The translations under genes were made by a program, and so were the position numbers. The notes beneath the pieces were generated by a model that searched no databases, was not told where the DNA came from, and saw only the letters and a list, made by a program, of their open reading frames with translations. From Candidatus Woesearchaeota archaeon (GTDB taxonomy: Archaea; Nanobdellota; Nanobdellia; SCGC-AAA011-G17; JACPIM01), in the NCBI GenBank assembly GCA_964513145.1, contig CAZELK010000012.1:1580-22399 (forward strand): DNA of 20,820 bases, written 5' to 3'. Below, one piece after another: positions 16,476-20,820 of the stretch (position 1 is the stretch's first letter; each line of letters begins with the position of its first letter).

Positions 16476-17280
16476 TTAATTATAAATTTCATCAAAATTT
16501 TCTTGATTTTCTATCATGTATAATGCTGCGGGAGTTAATTTTAATAAATTCATAATATTCTTCTGCGAATTGTTGGATTTTAGTAGAGAAATTTTCTGCC
16601 TTTTTATTTCTGAAAATTCATTCATTGTGTTAATCAATTTTTCTTTTTTATGAAAACAATAATTTATTTTTATTAAGGTCATAAAATTAACTACGTTTTC
16701 AAATTCTGTGGAAATTAATAATTTGTAAGTTTTTGTTGGTATCCCTTTTCTGTTTTTATGGTCTTGATCACTTAATGAAATTTTTCCAGTTTTAATAAAA
16801 TTTTCATTTAAATATAATGCAATAGAATTTAAAAAATCTAATCTATTTTGAGCTAAATCATCTTTTCCCGTAATTCCTAAAGATAGTGTATCCAGTCTGT
16901 TTTTCTTAATATGGACTTTAGGTACTCCTATCTCATTACCAAATATTGTTCCAAAAAATTCACTTTTTATTATTTTGGTACTTTTCGAAATCCATTCTGG
17001 GACAATTAATTTTATTTGGCCTTTATCTCCTATTGGCGCACCTAAAGCTTGAAAAAATCTTATTATGTTTCTGTTAGTATTTTGATAGCACCAAGAATGA
17101 CCCCATTCACCATCTTGTTTTATGATATGGTTGGTTCAAAAGTGTGGCAATTCTTTTATGGCCAAACTCAGGGTTTTCTTGCTTTATTTTTTTATAATTA
17201 TAATATAACTGAGATTGTTCTTGTTGCCATACTTGATAAGTATTTATTATATCTTGCTCTGAAATTATGTTCTCTTTCGC
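16476..17280 (-). pseudogene. Decayed intein-derived LAGLIDADG homing endonuclease between the split-intein halves
   Basis: 17280-17110 reads AKENIISEQDIINTYQ...NPEFGHKRIATLL...TRW*. A +1 frame, open 17135-16476, reads DGEWGHSWCYQNTNRNIIRFFQALGAPIGDK...EFFGTIFGNEIG...YKLLIS. The first LAGLIDADG helix is missing and there is no ATG/GTG/TTG start. Confidence 0.8.
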
Positions 17281-17406
17281 GTTACATCACCCCTGACTAT
17301 ATGAGATGATTTATTATATAAAGGCTAGGCGGGTCTTTGTCTTGTCCAGTGGTATTTATAAATAGAAGAAGTTACAACTTAAAGTAGTAAATAATTTTTA
17401 GAGAAA

Positions 17407-20184
17407 TTAATCTAGAGTTATTACTTTGTGCCAAGGTTTTAAATTTTCTGCAGCAATATATTTTATTTTATTAAAAAAATCTTTTACTGCAACTTTATGT
17501 TCTGGAGTTACAATTAATTCTTTTCCAGTTTCTGTTATTAATTTTATTAAGAATTTGTGCTTATTTTTATGTTTATTTACTGATAATACTTCAGCTTGTT
17601 CTATAGAGTTATTTTTTTCTCCAAGTACATTTAATTCCTCTTTCTCTAAATAAGAGGCTAAGTAATTTTCTTGTTTAATTAATTTATTTTTGTGCTTCTT
17701 TAATATGTTATGTACTTGTTCTTCAATTTGCTTCTCTTGTAATTGTAGTAAATTATTATTAGTTTTAGTTGTTGTAATTATTTTTACTACTGAAGAGTGA
17801 CATTGGAGAGGATCGTGCAAACAATCACCGAGTAGTGCTCCTGCGTGCGCTCCAGAAGCATCTAAAAAAGGAGATTTTCGTATTTGTGAATTATCAATTA
17901 ATAATTTTGGAACTCTTGATGTTGATTTTAATTTTCTATTTATATTTAAAAATAAAATGAAGGCTCCTAAAAAGATCATAGAACCTATTAAAGATGCTGC
18001 AGCCATTATATCCCCATATTGTCTTCTTATTAACCACGGGGTTATCATTGAAACTATAACTAAAACAAACAAAAAAGTACTTTGTTTTTTGAAAGATGTC
18101 AGGGCTTGAATTTTTGCTTTTGTTACTATTTCTTTACCTTCTCCTTTTGGTACTGTTTTTATTATTGGTGTGTTCTCGTCTAATGGATTATCAAATGAGA
18201 GAATATCTACTAATTTTTCTGCAGGAAGCAATTCTGCCAGAGCTTGCCCTAATAAGGAATTATGCACTATTAATCCCCCATTAACAACAAAGTTATGATT
18301 TGTTTCGACTTCAAAATCATATACTTCTTCTTTTACATGACTAATTTCTTTTATAGTATCAAAAAATATATCTGAGTTGGCAATTAAATTAAGTTTAGCA
18401 GTGAGATCTTCTAATTTTTGAATATTAAGATTTAATTTATTTCGGGTTTCCTTATATATATTTACTAATTTTTTTGTATTATTTAATAATAAATTTCCAT
18501 TTTCATAGATTGTCAGTGATTTTATTTTTGGAATTAATTCAGAAATTCCAGCAATATTTCGATTTATTTCAATAGATTTATTTGGCATTTCATTTAGAGA
18601 ACAAATTGTATTTAATGATGGCTCAGAAATATTATTTTTATAAAGATAAAACATTTTTTTTGATATAATTTCTTTCTTTTTGTTTATATCTGTATTAAAA
18701 TTATTAATCTTTAATTCTAATAGGTTTATATAATTCAAATGTGAAGTAAATAAATTGCGTTGTAATTTAATAAAATTTAAATCTGATTCTAAATTAGTAA
18801 TAAATCTTTTAATATATTTTCTACTTGGTTTTCTTTCGCCACGAATTATCCTGTTTATAGTCTGATTCCTTGTATTATATTTGTTGTAATTTATTTTAAT
18901 TATATCTTTTATCTCTTTTAAAATTTCTTCAATACCATAAATTAAATCAACATTTGTATGACTTTTTTTTAAAATTAAACTTTCTAGTTTTTGTTTTTTA
19001 TAATCTATTAATAAATTAAGATTTTCATTTAATTTTTTTAAATTTTCATTGCCTGTTATAGTAAGAAAATAATATATTTCTTTTTTCTTTTCTTTTGTAT
19101 TTGAAGCATATTTTAATTTTTTAGTTGTTCTTGATAAAATATTTAATTTTAACAAAATAAGTCTTAAGTTTTCTATTAATTCTTTACTTGCTGAACTTAC
19201 TTCCAACCCCTCTTTATCAAAATGCCCATCACCATCAATATATCCTGTTAAAAAGGACTTTATAATTTCTTCATTAGAATTAATGATTAAAGCAGGTATA
19301 TTTTTGAACCTCGCTTGTTTTGATAAAATCTTCCTTTTTTCGTAGTCCCAAAGTTTCTGGTCAAAATATGACTCCAATATATACACAAGAGACCTGGATT
19401 TCTTAAAAACAACTCCTTCTCTTTCAATTTCTATTAGTTCTTGTGGATAATTTAGATTCTCAATAGCTATCTTCTTTATAGTGCTTTTTATTTTTTCATT
19501 GTAATTAGATATTCGTAAACCCCTACTATAATCTCCTTCAGCTACAAACAAACCTAAAAAATAAGCTATTTCTTTATTTAATTTTTGAGGCATGCTCAAT
19601 TTAATAGAAGATCTGCCGTTTACTCCTTTATAAGAAAAAGAAATTCGCTCATTATCTTGAATATTATTATTGTTTATAAGTAACTTTCTTGTTGAACATA
19701 TAATCATTCCTTCTTTTAATAAAGAAGCATTTTTAAAGAAAAAGGATCCTTTTTCTAAGGATAATGTTGGGTGTTCGCCAGATATGACTAGTTCTGAACC
19801 AGATCTGGATTTAATGTTTAAACAAAGTTTTTGCTTATTTGATTTATATATTCTTTTTATTTTGGATTTAGTAATTTTACCTTCTTTAGTTATAGAAAAT
19901 AATAAAATTTCTTCTTTTGGCTCAATGTAAGTACCATCTTGCCTAATTTGCATTTTTTTAGGGTCTTTTGATAATAGATAATATAGGTCTTTTGCTTTTA
20001 GATTTCCTAATTCTGTTGGGATTAGCGTTTCTTTTCCAACACACTTTCCTGTGCCAGGGTCTCCTATTAAGAGAACATTTCTTCTTTGAGTAGCTGCTTT
20101 TTTTACAATTTCTAAGGCTTTATCCTGACCTATTACTTGTTCATAAGTTTTATTAGAAACTTTAATTTCTTTAGTTGATTTCAT
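17407..20184 (-). CDS. lon: Lon protease (LonB) N-terminal half with a cis intein and a C-terminal split-intein IntN
   Basis: QVIGQD; Walker A GDPGTGK|intein|S; two TM helices; GALLGDCLHDPLQ|CHSS; ends at a TAA after 131 aa of IntN. Exteins of 47+152+415 aa give about 614 aa, a normal LonB size. Confidence 0.93.
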   Translation of the reverse strand: MKSTKEIKVSNKTYEQVIGQDKALEIVKKAATQRRNVLLIGDPGTGKCVGKETLIPTELGNLKAKDLYYLLSKDPKKMQIRQDGTYIEPKEEILLFSITKEGKITKSKIKRIYKSNKQKLCLNIKSRSGSELVISGEHPTLSLEKGSFFFKNASLLKEGMIICSTRKLLINNNNIQDNERISFSYKGVNGRSSIKLSMPQKLNKEIAYFLGLFVAEGDYSRGLRISNYNEKIKSTIKKIAIENLNYPQELIEIEREGVVFKKSRSLVYILESYFDQKLWDYEKRKILSKQARFKNIPALIINSNEEIIKSFLTGYIDGDGHFDKEGLEVSSASKELIENLRLILLKLNILSRTTKKLKYASNTKEKKKEIYYFLTITGNENLKKLNENLNLLIDYKKQKLESLILKKSHTNVDLIYGIEEILKEIKDIIKINYNKYNTRNQTINRIIRGERKPSRKYIKRFITNLESDLNFIKLQRNLFTSHLNYINLLELKINNFNTDINKKKEIISKKMFYLYKNNISEPSLNTICSLNEMPNKSIEINRNIAGISELIPKIKSLTIYENGNLLLNNTKKLVNIYKETRNKLNLNIQKLEDLTAKLNLIANSDIFFDTIKEISHVKEEVYDFEVETNHNFVVNGGLIVHNSLLGQALAELLPAEKLVDILSFDNPLDENTPIIKTVPKGEGKEIVTKAKIQALTSFKKQSTFLFVLVIVSMITPWLIRRQYGDIMAAASLIGSMIFLGAFILFLNINRKLKSTSRVPKLLIDNSQIRKSPFLDASGAHAGALLGDCLHDPLQCHSSVVKIITTTKTNNNLLQLQEKQIEEQVHNILKKHKNKLIKQENYLASYLEKEELNVLGEKNNSIEQAEVLSVNKHKNKHKFLIKLITETGKELIVTPEHKVAVKDFFNKIKYIAAENLKPWHKVITLD
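17410..17802 (-). other. IntN half of the split intein (131 aa)
   Basis: Cys1 after DPLQ; block B ELIVTPEHKV; ends AENLKPWHKVITLD*, at the end of the N-terminal splicing domain. Confidence 0.9.
18259..20043 (-). other. Contiguous 595-aa intein with a LAGLIDADG endonuclease, inserted in the Walker A motif of Lon
   Basis: C1 (CVGKET); block B ISGEHP; LAGLIDADG helices FLGLFVAEGD and FLTGYIDGDG; block F/G VYDFEVETNHNFVVNGGLIVHN|S. Confidence 0.95.
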
Positions 20185-20222
20185 TTGTAAGAATAATATA
20201 ACTAGATTTAAAAGATTTTTGT

Positions 20223-20486
20223 TTATAATATGTCTTCTTCTGATATTACTACGAAGTCACCTACAGCTATAACTGATGAGAAAGGTATTAGAAAACTGCC
20301 TGTTTTGTCTTTTTCTAGTGTAAGGTTTTCTATATATTGTGTTGTATTTTTTAAGATTAAATGTATTAATTCTCCAGTTCTTGTTTCAAATGTTAGATTG
20401 CCTATTTCACCAAATTTTTTGCCTGATTTAGTAACTACTGTCTTTCCTAATAGTTGTCTAGAAAATTTTTTATCTTCGTCAGCCAT
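20223..20486 (-). CDS. PRC-barrel domain protein
   Basis: LLGKTVVTKSGKKFGEIGNL...LIPFSSVIAVGDFVVI; TATA box at 20511-20518. Confidence 0.9.
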   Translation of the reverse strand: MADEDKKFSRQLLGKTVVTKSGKKFGEIGNLTFETRTGELIHLILKNTTQYIENLTLEKDKTGSFLIPFSSVIAVGDFVVISEEDIL

Positions 20487-20820
20487 TTTAATGTTAGAAA
20501 CTTAAACTTCTATATAAAACTTTCGAGAAAACAAATTTTTAGTAAAAATTAACACCCACCCCATTGTTTCCCATGGAAATTTTAGTATTTTTTAGGTTAT
20601 TTTATTAATTTTTATTGATTATTACTCTTTTTTAGTTATTTCGGCGTGGTTAATTTATATTTTATATTTTATATTTAAATTTTTTGATATCATTATATAA
20701 TAATAAATATTTTTTCGGAAACTTTTCACATTCTATAGGAAATCAAAGGGTCTGGGGTTTGAGAATAGAGCTCTGGTGCATTCCTAATTTTTAAATAGAT
20801 AGAGGCATAGCCTTCTATTG

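Noticed and set aside
16430-17310. Group I intron-like P7 words (ATATAGTC near 17296-17303; GACTA near 16436-16440), suggesting an intron or permuted intron in the Lon intein
   Set aside because: The two words lie in different inserts and in reversed order, and no P3/P4/P6 core is visible. Removing the inserts would still leave a frameshift and a missing LAGLIDADG helix. A split intein explains the layout more simply.
17275-17415. The 129-nt insert after IntN is in frame and its ends can pair, suggesting a BHB mRNA intron
   Set aside because: The junction folds as a symmetric 3x3 internal loop, not bulge-helix-bulge. Being in frame has a 1-in-3 chance, and the downstream lesions remain.
2289-20505. 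Alternative-frame or antisense ORFs in the track (2289, 3216, 3290, 4171, 4487, 4805, 8152, 11510, 13397, 15012, 15465, 17049, 17426, 18096, 19670, 20230)
   Set aside because: They overlap well-supported genes or the endonuclease remnant on the other strand or frame, and have no motifs or expression signals.
20540-20820. GC-richer patches in the terminal intergenic region as a possible ncRNA
   Set aside because: No recognisable RNA family motif or convincing long-range pairing, and the region is cut by the window edge.

Overview
This is a very AT-rich archaeal window, most consistent with a DPANN (Woese-/Pacearchaeota-like) genome. That assignment is inferred from the membrane-anchored LonB, PAC2 chaperone, BRE/TATA promoters about 23 nt before start codons, and a BHB tRNA intron. 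Housekeeping genes (serS, PAC2, toprim, SecB-like, PRC-barrel, lon) are interleaved with accessory DNA. The accessory DNA comprises a non-autonomous IS200/IS605 (tnpB-only) element with both ends visible and a nonsense codon in tnpB, a tRNA-Lys(CTT) with a non-canonical 23/24 intron, a ~1.9 kb degenerate tRNA-anchored island carrying an MNT-HEPN pair, and a cluster with an RNase H-like protein, a PIN pair, a tyrosine recombinase and a PD-(D/E)xK-like ORF. The main finding is that lon is fractured into two genes by what looks like a natural split intein. The first gene encodes Lon-N, a 595-aa cis intein and a 131-aa IntN, then stops. The second encodes a 39-41-aa IntC fused to Lon-C and has its own TATA promoter. 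A decayed LAGLIDADG endonuclease lies between the two halves. The second notable feature is a pair of coiled-coil/wHTH genes, each associated with its own array of short DNA repeats, which could be a replicator-initiator or autoregulatory module. All family assignments come from motif recognition only; no database searches were run.
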